Assembly: GCA_051362555.1 (NCBI GenBank)
Contig: CM120649.1
Span: forward strand, 12,028,001-12,092,000
DNA length: 64,000 nt
Source of the DNA: Lingula anatina
Taxonomy: Eukaryota > Animalia > Brachiopoda
Reading direction: 5' to 3'
The notes below the pieces were generated by a model. That model searched no databases. It had not been told where the DNA came from and saw nothing but the letters and a program-made list of their open reading frames with translations. This document shows, piece after piece, positions 39,534-51,543 of this stretch. Position 1 is the first letter of the stretch. Each line of letters begins with the position of its first letter. The position numbers and the translations under genes are program-made.

Positions 39534-39962
39534 ATAACGCACTGTCCACGAGTCCGATATCACGATAGCATGCCGAGCGCCAACAAGGCATGCTATCGTG
39601 TATATCGGGCGAGGGGGTAACAGTGCATTATTTGTCATACATGCAAAGGGAAATCGTGCGTGCTCCCCACCCAAACCCCCTAACTTTGAATAGAACACGC
39701 TGATATCACCGCGCATGGGGTGATATCTAAGAATGGACTTTCCCCGCATTTACTGCCTAATTGCGGTCACCGTCCAATCATTTTCATTTGCGTGAATGGT
39801 TTGTGGTTGCGTGTGTATTGACAGGGACATGGGTCAGTGGTTTTTTGTGAGTAGTTGGCTGATTTCCTGCCCATCTTTTGCACGTGGCAGTCACTCCGTC
39901 TCATTCATTGTATCGGTTCCTGCAATCCTCTTGTTTTGATATCACACCCGTGGTATGTATAG
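39534..39962. mobile_element. Hairpin-ended insertion (Crypton-like non-autonomous element)
   Basis: About 95-nt imperfect stem-loop at 39534-39630; absent at the paralogous site near 33880. Confidence 0.5.
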
Positions 39963-40713
39963 CAAAATAACAGATCGGGGAAAAAACCTACTTTACGCTC
40001 TGGCACTCGGCAAACAGAACGGCCTCTGAAGCGAAGTTATTAATTTATAAATTTCTCAGGAAAACAGATTTGCCCTGTAAATTGCAGGTAAGACGTCACG
40101 TGGTCGGGGGTTGACAAGAAAAGGCGTCACATCATCTTTTTTAGCCTGATCCCATTTGCGTTGTAACTCTACGATTCACAATATCGGTTACTTGCACATC
40201 ATGTATCCAGCGTATAGCTTAGACCCGAAAGAACTGAGCCGTGATTTATTCAAACATACATAAAGTACATATACATTTTTAGTATTAATTCCAGCGGCAA
40301 TGATCTATCCCTGTTTGCTTTTAAGTCGCCATGACAAAAACCCATAAAAATGATTTTTTTATTTAAATGACCAGAATTGTATAATAAACGCATATGTAGT
40401 CTGTAAAACTTAAGGACCCATTTAGAATGAATTTTGTCGACGTAGCTATTGCGCACCAACACCACGCAGGCACTCTCACTAAATGCAATCAGATTAACAG
40501 ACCAACACGCCCCCTGGCGTTTAGTAGAATATAGAAAAGCTGGCGTTTATGTGAGTACATTGGAAACAAAAGGAGACGTTTTAGTCTGTTAACTGATTGC
40601 ATTCAACAAGAGATCCCGTGGAGAAGGCGTGCAAAAGCTAGGTAGACGGATTTAAATGAGAAAGATCCTTTAGCTTGTTACTTATTCATTGCAGTTCCAT
40701 TTCCGATTTAGAT

Positions 40714-41432
40714 ATGGCTACTATGGACAACCTGGATCTGATTGAAATCAAGAATCTCCGCCCGAGAATGCAGATCGGCATAAGTCCTCACGAGCTGGGC
40801 AAGAAACAGGAAGTGGTCATTAACTTGACCCTCGGCGTTGACATTCGGCGTGCCGCCGAGACAGACGACATCAAAGACACGCTTAATTACAAAAGTGTCA
40901 CCAAAAAGATCCTTGAATACGCAGAATCAACCGATATCTACCTGGTTGAAAAACTTGCCGAAGATATTGCCAAAATTTGCATAGTTTGCTTCCGGGTACC
41001 GTGGGTACAAGTGGCCGTTGAGAAACCCCACGCCCTCAGGTTCTGCGACTCTGTCGGGGTGAAAATTAGAAGAACTTCAAAGGATTACCCACAATCCAGC
41101 GGCCATGGAGATCCTGAAAAAACGCACCACGCTTCTGAAGACGTCAAAAGTCTTCCTAGGCCTCACACTGCCTCAACTGGACACGAACCAGCCACCGTAT
41201 CATAATATGGCTGTAAAACTGATACCGTACGGAGATCCGGACACATGTAAGAGACTTCTGAAAGAAATTGGAGGAAATCCCTACGAGTGCGTGACCCCTT
41301 GAAAAAAAATGTGCCCCATACCATCCATTTAGATATTGCACTTTGGGGTGACGTCGTTTTTGATACTAGTGACGCCACTAAATTAGAGGCTAATAGGACA
41401 CACCGGATTCCGGATCCTGATATTTTGAAGTT
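40714..41432 (+). pseudogene. Duplicate folBK: intact FolB/FolX domain ORF (40714-41205) and a disrupted FolK domain
   Basis: Colinear with 35112-35876. A net 50-bp deletion after ..SKDYP removes FVSLGSNI and shifts the frame; there are further indels and a truncation after IPDPDILKF. Confidence 0.88.
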
Positions 41433-41727
41433 CCATCAATACTTGGTAAAAACATTTCCCTTAATGTTAGCACGTACGGTTATTTTTTAACTCTTCGAAA
41501 TAAGTATGTTTCTGAACTTTTTTGGACGAGTGTGTATACTCGATGTCTCATTCCCATCCAGTCCATTATCAGCATAACATAGTGATGCTTTACGACGCTG
41601 AAATTGCTACGGCTGTGAATTGGAACTCGAAAACATTTTATGTAGCCATTCGAAAGTCTTCAAAAGCAAGCCTAAATGGTATTTTTTAATTAAATATAAC
41701 CACATTGATCACACACACGTGCGTGCG

Positions 41728-41776
<49 letters not shown>

Positions 41777-43358
41777 CTTTTAGTCAGTTCCAGTGGCTAT
41801 TACATCTTTAATACCAACATTGCATGGTCACATGCACACATCGTAGCCTATAAGGAACAGTGTTACAGCACTGTTGTGGACACATACACACATTGCAGCC
41901 TATCAGGAACTGTTTTTTCCTAAGATAATGTTCATGCATTCGCGCCTACTAATAAACTAACCTGTGATAAATGGTGCATTTAGCCGCAAATAGACACGGT
42001 GACAATTTATTTTTGGGGGGGTGGGGGGGTGGGAGGGAGGGGGGATATCTAACTATCTATCTTGAACCTACACGTAACCATGGATGCTGCTTTGTAGGTA
42101 CTGAAGAACCTTTATGGTGGAAAACGTTCAATACAAAAATGTATACATTATGACTTTTCCTAATTTCATCAATATTGTAGGAGTAGAACAGAATATATTT
42201 TACAATAATGCCAGCACCAGTCTCAGTATGATATGATACTGTTTGCTAAATTAAACAAATAAATAATGGGCTATAATTGTCTTTGCTTGTATTCTTGTTT
42301 CATAAATCTATCCAAATTTAAGCCTTTTTTTTTCAATAATAAGCAAATAATGGTCAAGTAAATTACAGAAATTCTCATTGAAAATACGAATTATCACCCT
42401 TGCTGATGTATGAAGCGGAGAAGAAAGTGAATTTTGTTTTCGATCTCTCCAAAATAACGCAGTACAAAAAATTCTGTCATCCACAGGGGCCCCTACAAAT
42501 CTCTGGCTGAGCCAGAAATGGTCTCTCTCTCGATTTCTCGTTTTTTTTTTTCAACAATTTTTAGAGAGTTTGCTGTAATCCAATAGAAAGCAAACCGACA
42601 AATGATCTGCTTACATGTATTATAGGCCTTCAAGAGCTGCCCCAAAGCATTTTTCTCAGCCTTCTGCCTTGGTTATATTATTTAGCTTTGGTTGTATTAG
42701 TTGTGTCCAATTTTGGCGAACTTTGTAGTTAATTCACCAGATTGTGGTAGCCGAGATCTACATTTTCATTTTGATGTTTAAATATATATTGCGTTGTCAG
42801 TCTTATCACTTCTGAATGATGATATAACATGAAACGGGGGCGGGGGAGTCATGTGACCGTCTGACCAGCTCGCCTCACTTACCTTACGTGGCCAACATGG
42901 AGACAGTGAGCTATTTGGAAATGGCGGTACCTACAAAAATGATCTAATTGACATTGAACATCGGTTGATTCGTGTCTCTCCCGGCTCTCGACGATAATTT
43001 TGATGACTTTTGAGCTACCCCCCCCCCTCCCCCGTCCCAACTATTATGTCAATCTCTATACAAAGCTGAGAAAAGCTTATCTTCTCGCAAGGCAATATAT
43101 AGGCCGTAGTATTTAGTGTGCAACGAGTATGCGACACAAGCACGGGGAAAACATTGGACGCTTCAGTCCAACCGCTTATCTAGGTACGATTGTATAACTT
43201 GTGTAAATGTTAAAGTCGTAACAGCCGGCAAAACTGATAATTTGTTTAGACTTCTATAACTGGAATTTGACACAAGAGACGACACAGGCAAACTTTCCGT
43301 TTAAACACTATAGTTTGCATGCAGTCTTTTCAAAACAAATTACATTTGGTAAATACAT

Positions 43359-44765
43359 ATGTCCCTAGTTATGAACGAATTAATACTACGCCAAGCCACG
43401 CCAGCGGACTATGACGCCGTTCTGGGCATAGACGAAGTGTACGGGGGTGGGGACTATCTCCCGTCCTTCTACGGGCAGTATATGGCAGCCTCGCACGTCA
43501 CTGGTTATCTGGCAGAACAGGCAGTAGGGAAAGAAGACAGGGATCCGGTACAAGAGGCTGGAGATCAGCTGGCTGAACAGGCAGAAAGAGAAATGGGCGT
43601 GGGCGTTAATCTGGTACAGCGGGCGGGAGATCAGCCAACAAACCCGCCTGTTCGGCGACTGGCGGAAAAGGCAGGTGAGATGAAAATTGCGGAGAAGGCA
43701 GAAGACCCAGGAGTGAAACTAAGAGAGAAGGTAGAGGGAAAACAAGAAATGGCATCGACGAAAAAGAATTACAATGGCAAGAACAACGTCGTTGCCTTCT
43801 GCCTTGCGCACCTTACCGATGATGAGACTACGTTTATTTTGCGGGCAGCGCGCGTGGCACCGTCCCGTCAAGGGCAGGGAATCTTGAGGAAGCTAAAAGG
43901 TTTTGCGATGAAGAAAGAAAGGGTGGCCCACCCAAACCTCGAAAAAACGAGACTGACAATAGGTTATCCCATTGGTGCAGTGGAGAAAATCCCGAACGGG
44001 TTCAAAGAACTTTTGAGAAGGGAAATATATTGTTTTTGTTTCAAACCGGCCCGTATTGAAGGGAAAATGCAAATGAACAGGGGTAACCAGACCATGTTGC
44101 TCAAAAATATAGACGGGGATGTACTTAAGGAGTTGCTGGGTACGCCAATGCTCAGCTGTGATTTGTTTCCGAAAGGGGTGGCCATCATAAATTGGATTCC
44201 TTACTCTATCTCTGCCAATAACGCCCTTCTCATCGAAACTGAAAGTGCAATTTATGTTTCATACGGCGACAAAAATGCTTCAGAAACTGCAAGAACCGAT
44301 GAAATTCCATCTGAGGACACTGATACGGTAAGAAATGGTCCTGATGAAAGTGCCTCAACAAACCCAGGGACCATGGCCAGCAATGTAGTATTCGCTGAAT
44401 CATCCAACACTATTGCTTTGAAACACTTCAAGGAAAATGCCAAAAGATGTCCACAAGTCCCCATGTGTCTAAGTGCCGTGACATCTTTCACGTGCCCGCT
44501 GGGACTTCGTGTTGGTGTGGACATATACTATTCGCAAGGAGTTGACACTGCCGCCATCTTGGGACACGTTGTAAGCCACGTCTCTGTTACAGCGTCCAAG
44601 GCAGCCAGATGTGGGATTGATTTTGTGCATTTTGAGGTCTTTGTAGAGGAGTCCCATTTAGGGGAAGCCATCAAAGTTGCACTGCTAGAGATGGGATTGA
44701 CACCAAGTATTGCTGTACGAAATGCAAGTGAGCAGAACCTTGTGCTTTTGGAGGCAAGCTTGTAA
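43359..44765 (+). CDS. GNAT N-acetyltransferase, NAT16/histidine N-acetyltransferase-like, single coding exon, 468 aa
   Basis: LRQATPADYDAVLGIDEVYGGGDYLPSFY N-terminus, VVAF..L.DD.TT..LRAARVAPSRQGQGI (acetyl-CoA motif A), LFP.G..IINWIPY. Confidence 0.8.
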   Translation: MSLVMNELILRQATPADYDAVLGIDEVYGGGDYLPSFYGQYMAASHVTGYLAEQAVGKEDRDPVQEAGDQLAEQAEREMGVGVNLVQRAGDQPTNPPVRRLAEKAGEMKIAEKAEDPGVKLREKVEGKQEMASTKKNYNGKNNVVAFCLAHLTDDETTFILRAARVAPSRQGQGILRKLKGFAMKKERVAHPNLEKTRLTIGYPIGAVEKIPNGFKELLRREIYCFCFKPARIEGKMQMNRGNQTMLLKNIDGDVLKELLGTPMLSCDLFPKGVAIINWIPYSISANNALLIETESAIYVSYGDKNASETARTDEIPSEDTDTVRNGPDESASTNPGTMASNVVFAESSNTIALKHFKENAKRCPQVPMCLSAVTSFTCPLGLRVGVDIYYSQGVDTAAILGHVVSHVSVTASKAARCGIDFVHFEVFVEESHLGEAIKVALLEMGLTPSIAVRNASEQNLVLLEASL

Positions 44766-45889
44766 TAAAAATGCAAAGAACTTACCATAATGCTGTAATT
44801 AATATATTGTAATTCCATAGGATACAGATACTCCCGATGAAAAACAACCCAGACGCCTAAGACGACATTTCTCTTGTCAAGTGCAAATTTAAATTTTGGA
44901 AGACAATGGACACTTCTTTGGTTGGTATTTTCTGATTTAAAATGTAGATTTGATAAACCATTGATCTTGTAACAATGTCAGCGGGATAGAAGATAGACGA
45001 CCTCTTTTGCCGAACACATCCCACCTTGTCTTCACAAAAAACAATAATAAAATAAAATAATTAAGAAAAAGAAAAAAAGGATATTTTATGAGAGGGCAAA
45101 AGGTAACAGCCCGTGTGCGGCGAAATTTCCATAAGAGTGAGTGACCGCATAACGTGCGCCAGGTCTATTAAGTACACGACTATTTTTCATTGCAGCAGTT
45201 CAACAAATAGTCAGCATATCAGGCGGCTCCGCATTAGGCCAGCAGAGGGCAAAATATTACTGTTAAACATGTTTTACTGATAGGGTAAAAACTTGTAACA
45301 ACTTGTGTAAGCAGCTGGACATGCTGTTGTGCTTTACTATTAAAAATACAAATCGAATGATTTTTTAAAAGTTTTTTTAATATATGATTATCTACAGTTT
45401 AGCACATGTGAAATGGTTTCAAATTTAGCCATGCAAGCACAGAAATTGTATACTGATGTCCACATTTTGAATATTCAACCACATATAATAAAAAGAGCAA
45501 GAAATGATCCCAATTTCTTTTAATTAAAATTCTTATGACGTTCCTTAGAAGTGCCCCTGTCTGTAAAGTTATTTACAGTACTGATTTCCTTTTCATGGCA
45601 ACAACTTTACAGTTTAAAAAAAATTAATACTTAAAGGGATAATAGAGATTGACTTTTGCATAACCAATCCAAAATATTCCTTATTTCAATGCAATAATCC
45701 AATATATACAATACACTATAGAAATATACAGAAACATAAACAAGGAATTTCCACATTTTTTTTTAACAACGCTGTTGCTGTTTTGTTTTAATGAGCTGTT
45801 CCATCCGTCTTAAATTCAATTGCAGTACCGCCATATTCAAATGCTCAGAAGTTTGTTCCATAATTTATTTGGAATTGTGGCATACACCA

Positions 45890-46172
45890 AATGTCCAGAT
45901 ATCAACATGCCTATATCCAATGAGCAATTCTACTGCTCACAAAAATAGTCCAGATTTCCCATGAGCAAATATACTGTCTTAGCAAATGTCCAGATTTCCC
46001 ATGAGCAAATCTGTTGCTCTTACAAATATGCTGATTTCCAATGAGCAAATATACTGCTCAGAGAAACTGCCCAGATTTTCTGTGAGCAAGTCTGTTGCTC
46101 ACAGAAATTGCCCAGTGACATTATCTGCTGCTCACAAGAATTGTCCAGATTTCCCGTGAGCAAATCTACTGT
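45890..46172 (-). repeat. ~40-bp tandem repeat spanning the GPALPP1 stop codon and proximal 3'UTR
   Basis: About 6-7 diverged units of gtccagatttcccatgagcaaatctactgctcacaa (+ strand). Confidence 0.8.
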
Positions 46173-47377
46173 TAAGTTGCTGTGACTTTTTGATCAGTTG
46201 CTTTCTCTTGGCATCATCAAATCTATTGACCTGCAGATCATCTTCCCTGCTGAACTCTCTTCTTTCCTTGGGTTTATCTTCTTCTTCCTTCTGAAAAATA
46301 TAATTAATTAGTGATGTCCTACTGTTTGCTGTATGCTCCTCTAAGAAGAGTTAACTGAAAAACCTTTGGCAAAAATATGGACACAGTCATTTGATCATTA
46401 TTATAGCACCTTTGTTTAATTTCCCATGAACTAATGCTTGGCCAAGACTAATTAAGACTGGTAATAAAATCAGGTGGGTCAACTTTGAAGGATTTCTCAC
46501 TCACAGCAAGGTGAGGCATGAAATGAAAGTTGTTCCTGAGATTAAAGTTTCCTGTACACTTTGTACATATCAGCAATTTAAACCAAAATCAGTGACATTT
46601 TAGCTGATGATATCAAGCACCTATTAGTAAATTAAATAAGAGACTATGTTTGTTAAAACTTGAATTGTGCACATGACTTATAAAGTGGTCAACTTGTAAA
46701 ACCTAGCACACAAAGCACATTAGGTTACCACCATGTATTTTAGTGCCATTCGCAAATGGTTTATGAAGAATTTATAACTGCCATAGAAAATCACCTTCTT
46801 CTTCTTTAACTTCTTTGAATGCATGTCCATCAGTGACTCTTTTCTTTGTGTTTCCTGTAAAAGGTGAAAACATATATTGATTAATTATAACTGCACATTG
46901 ATATTTTTAATATTTTAAAAATTGTATTTTAATGTATTAAAAGATGACTAGGCCATATCTTTACCTTGACATATATGTCTACTGCTTGACTGGAAGAAAT
47001 ATCTTATCAAATTTCACATAAAGTGGGTCTATTTCCCAGGCTATGTATACATGATAAATGACACACTGAACTTGCTCTAAGATCAGTCTGTGTAAAAACC
47101 CCTTAAGCCTACTGAATCTTCCACAAACCAGTCAAAGGACCAATTCCCAACAAAACTATTGTTCTACCTAGATGGATCCAACTATGCAGGGACTCCCCTT
47201 GAATGCAATTAGATTACCAGATTAACACGCCTCTTCTTGTTTCTGACATATCTGTATAATTACCAGCTTTTCTGCATTCTACTCAACACAAGGAGGGTTG
47301 ATTGCATTGAATGAGAGTCCCTGCAGTGTTGGATCCATCTAAGTAGAACAATGGTTTCAGGAATGAGATTTGTTTGT

Positions 47378-47408
<31 letters not shown>

Positions 47409-48078
47409 GGGGTCCCCAAAAAATTGACAATGTTGTGCAATTATCCCAGAAAAGTTTCTAAAAAAAAAAAAAAAATTTAAAAAATGAAATTAAACAGGCA
47501 ATGTAATATTTATCATAAAAGGAGGTCTCAAAGATTTCAACCTTTTCCACATACTGACGCACTCACATTGTACTCCTGTAGCTGTGCAGTTATCTTCCTG
47601 TCTCTTTCAGAAATAAAGACCTCTTCATGTTGGCGCTTACTGCCACGCCCCTCCTGCATTTCCTGCATAACAATAAATAAAAAGATAAGTTAATAAATAT
47701 ATATAAACTGGGGTGGGGCTAGCAATTTTTCCGTTAAGCCAAATTGCTACTTTTTCATCGCTTTTTTGTCCAAATTGTTCAAATTTGACTAAAATAAGTC
47801 AAATCAACCCCACTTTGTTTAGCCAATTTCAGTCAGTTTTAGCATTTGGCTAAATTGGCAAGTGATAGCGCTACCCCAGATAAATAAATACAAACTGACT
47901 TGTCAAAGTTCAGAATTCAAACAGAATTCCATGTGCTGCATATATGCTTGAAACATTGAACGTTTTATGGAGACTTATCAATTTTTTTTTTTGTTCATTA
48001 AATCAGATCAGAATAATGAATAAAAAAAATCAAAAAAATTATCAGATAAATAAATGAACATGTGTGTGGGTGGGTACA

Positions 48079-48141
<63 letters not shown>

Positions 48142-49667
48142 GCTGGCTGACATATAAACAACAACTTCACCTTTGCCTTTCTCTCTCTATCAGCTGGAGT
48201 ATCAGTCCATGCAGACCTGTCTCCCTTCTCTGGCAAAGGCTGAGACCTGAACTTCCTTGGTCCAAGGCCGAGATTGACCCCCATGTCAGGGGGCAGTTCA
48301 GTCATCCAGGACTCCCTCTCAGTGACCACTGGGGTCTCTATCTCATCCTGGAATTTATCATTTATATATAATAACAAACACTCACGTCAGCACCAACATT
48401 AGAGTTGTGATGAATGTGTCAGTTGTGACATGTAAAGAGTAGCAGAGGGGGTCACAATCAGTTGTCAGTTGTTTTACAAAATGTAAATAGAATAGAATCG
48501 AATAGAATATCTAAAATGAGAATGTTCAAAATACCTTACATAAAAAAGAGACAAGTGCGTGAAAACACAAATATCAAAGCATAGAAACTCACATATTTCA
48601 AAGACTGCATTTCTAGATAACAAAGCCTAATTTTCACATAAAGCCAATTACAAGTAAGATAATCAATTATATTTTCTAAATGTTTTAAACTTCTTCAGAT
48701 GTCAGTTAATTCAACTGAGCAGAAATCTTTTCACCTCCAATTGAATAAGATCAGAAAATAACAAATCATAACAAAAGGCTGCCAACTGTACCTAATTAAA
48801 CACATAATTTATTCCCAACTAATATAATTTTTTTAATGTATACATACTGTAACAAACAGCATAAAATGTCCCCTAATTGAATATCTTCAACAAATCTTGT
48901 GGAACAAGCTGAGATTACATTTTTAACAAGAACCTCTGTGTAAAAATTTCCAGTCCCCACTGTTTGAATTATGTGGAGTCTTCTGCCCAGATTATAAAAT
49001 AATGAAATAAAAATATCATGATAAAATAATGTTACCTCTCCCAGGAGTTTTTTCTTCATCTTCTCTGCTCTCCTCTCAACCTCTGCAGCAACTGACTCCT
49101 CATGCGTGGGACCTGATGGCGGCATGGGGCCTAAATAATGATGATGAATAAATAAGACTGGGTTCCCATACCTAGAACAATCTAATAGGATTGATCCATC
49201 CCCGAGGGGTTTCTTGCTTAACTGCTTTCAGCTTAAGCAGCTTAGACATCTGGCATGCCTACTGAAGCTGCTAAACGATAAAATATTACCCCCTGGCAGC
49301 TTCAGTATGTGTGACAGACATTTAAGCTGCTTAAGTTGATTGCAATTTAGTGAGAATCCCATTACAGATACTTTACGTGCCGACAACTGGCCGATCATTG
49401 AGCATTCATTCTGATACAAAATCAATGCTCGTGCCTCCTAAATAAGACCACAGCGATGCCAAATTTCATGGTCGCAGAAAGGACGCAGAAAGGACGCCGT
49501 CCAGTGTAAAGGGGATATTAAGCAGTAATTTTCCTTTAATCAACAGATAATATTGGAATGATTAAATGGTAAATTACGTACATTTTGCATAGCCAAATAA
49601 GAATGGGTTTTAGCATCTGACTGTCTAAAGCCTACAACATTTAATCAAACCCTGCATTACCAATGAC

Positions 49668-49703
<36 letters not shown>

Positions 49704-50249
49704 TCTGTCTGCATCATCTTCTGTATCCTGACTAAACCCTGGAGGTAGAGATGGCCCAACAATCCCAGGTCGCCTATTAAAGCCAGGGGGCAAGGCTGGA
49801 CCTATGGAAAATCCTCTGTCCTCACTGCCAGAGCTAGACTTAAAACCCGGAGGCAAGGCTGGACCTATGGCAGATCCTCTGTCCTCACTGCTAGAGCTAG
49901 GCTTAAAGCCAGGAGGCAAGGCTGGACCTATGGCAGATCCTCTGTCCTCACTGCTAGAGCTAGACTTAAAGCCAGGTGGTAGAGCAGGTCCAATATCTGA
50001 CACCCTCTCCTCTGTGTCAGATTTAAACCCAGGGGGTAACACTGGTCCAATACTATCCATTGAAGCCCTATCTTCAGTATTTCCAGTTTTAAACCCTGGT
50101 GGCAGCATAGGCCCAATAACTGAAGATTTAAATGAAGATCCATTTATGGCTCCTTCCTTTGCCTTCATGCCCTCAGAGTCACCAGAATCTCTCCCAGAAC
50201 TCTCCTTGGTGAACCCTGGTGGGAGGGGAGGCCCATATTCATCTGACAT
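46132..50249 (-). CDS. GPALPP1: GPALPP motifs-containing protein 1, 6 coding exons, 391 aa predicted
   Basis: Exons 50249-49661, 49130-49036, 48347-48171, 47662-47567, 46854-46795 and 46290-46132, all GT-AG and in phase. Repeated GPALPPGF, RESWMTELPP, DRSAWTDTPADRERK, SLMDMH, RREFSREDDL..LNSRFAHG..QFL*. Confidence 0.93.
47159..47351. mobile_element. Intronic MITE / inverted repeat
   Basis: ttgttctacctagatggatccaac..tgcagggactc and its reverse complement gagtccctgca..gttggatccatctaagtagaacaa. Confidence 0.7.
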
Positions 50250-51543
50250 GGTACAGAGTTAACCTGGGCAGCAGTAGATGAGGTCGTTGTCACCTTTTAT
50301 GCCATTTTCTACTGGAATACAAAGAAAGGTAACAATAAAATTACAAATTTACATGTGTAACGTGTGGCAAAGAATTAGGGGTGTTCATGTTTGATTTGGT
50401 TGACTACAGTGCTTGCACATTGAACCTGCATGAAAACGCAGCACAATCTTAATGTTTTGTGTGTTTCTATGTCTTAACAAGAATCTGCAAACATATTCAA
50501 ATACAGTGAGAACTGTGGGTCATTTCAGGGGGTGAACACAGTTGGGGGGGGGGGGGCAGTAAGTAAACTGAAAACTAATTTATCTGAATAGCAAAGACAC
50601 TTAGGAAATTCAACAGGTATTTATTAATTAATTAATTAATTTTTTTAACTTTATTTATTGAGGGTAAAAACAAGGTAAATATATAAATTTCATCTTACCC
50701 AAAGCCCTCATGGGGTTAGTAAAAGTACAAAAATAAAACATTTATAATAAATTGATTAATTAAAAAATTTAAATATTGTACTGAATTTAAAAAGCAAATC
50801 ATGAAAAAAAGACATGGATAAAATTGAAAAAAAAGTGTGTAAACATCTACTTCCTCAGTTTTTGTTCTTCCATGATGTGCAGGTACAGCTGCAAGTACCT
50901 AGTTAGCGAGCATGAAGTTTCATGCATCAGCAATTCTATTCATGTTCTTTGATGTTTACTATTTGTGTTAACGCATGAAAATGTGTGTTATTTGACGAGT
51001 TGAGACAGGTAAGTAAAGGCGAGATGACAGAGGTAAGTAAAAGATTCGAGATCCCCCGCATCCAAGAGTTTATTGCTAACCCTGACATTTTTGTCACAGT
51101 AAAGTACATGTACACACTGTCACACTGCTCAGTACACTTAAAATCGTTTAAACCAAATAACTCCATACCTTGACTTTAGTCGTCCCAAATGTGTCCATGA
51201 AATAGAGTACTGCTCAGCTTACTTAATTATGTCCTGATTCGGCGAGGCTTTCGATGCACACTGAAATCCGTGTATTTTGGTATTTTATTCTAGCGCAAGC
51301 TAGAAAAGTGAAACTTTGCGCCGTCGATTGTATTTTTAAAGTCCAAGACAGGACCAAATCAAGACAAGAATAGAAAACACGATCAAGAAAAGCAGTCGAG
51401 TATGTCAAAATAAAAATTAGAAAAAAAATGATTAGATCTTGATCGTGAGAACAATAATATCTAACAAATAATGGAATGTATTAGAAAATGAAAATAGGAT
51501 GTACGCTATGCATTCTACAACATTTTTCATTGACCTCAAATTA

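Noticed and set aside
49804-50262. Antisense ORFs over GPALPP1, and overlapping ORFs in the FNDC3, NAT and folBK regions
   Set aside because: Shadow frames of real GC-richer coding sequence.
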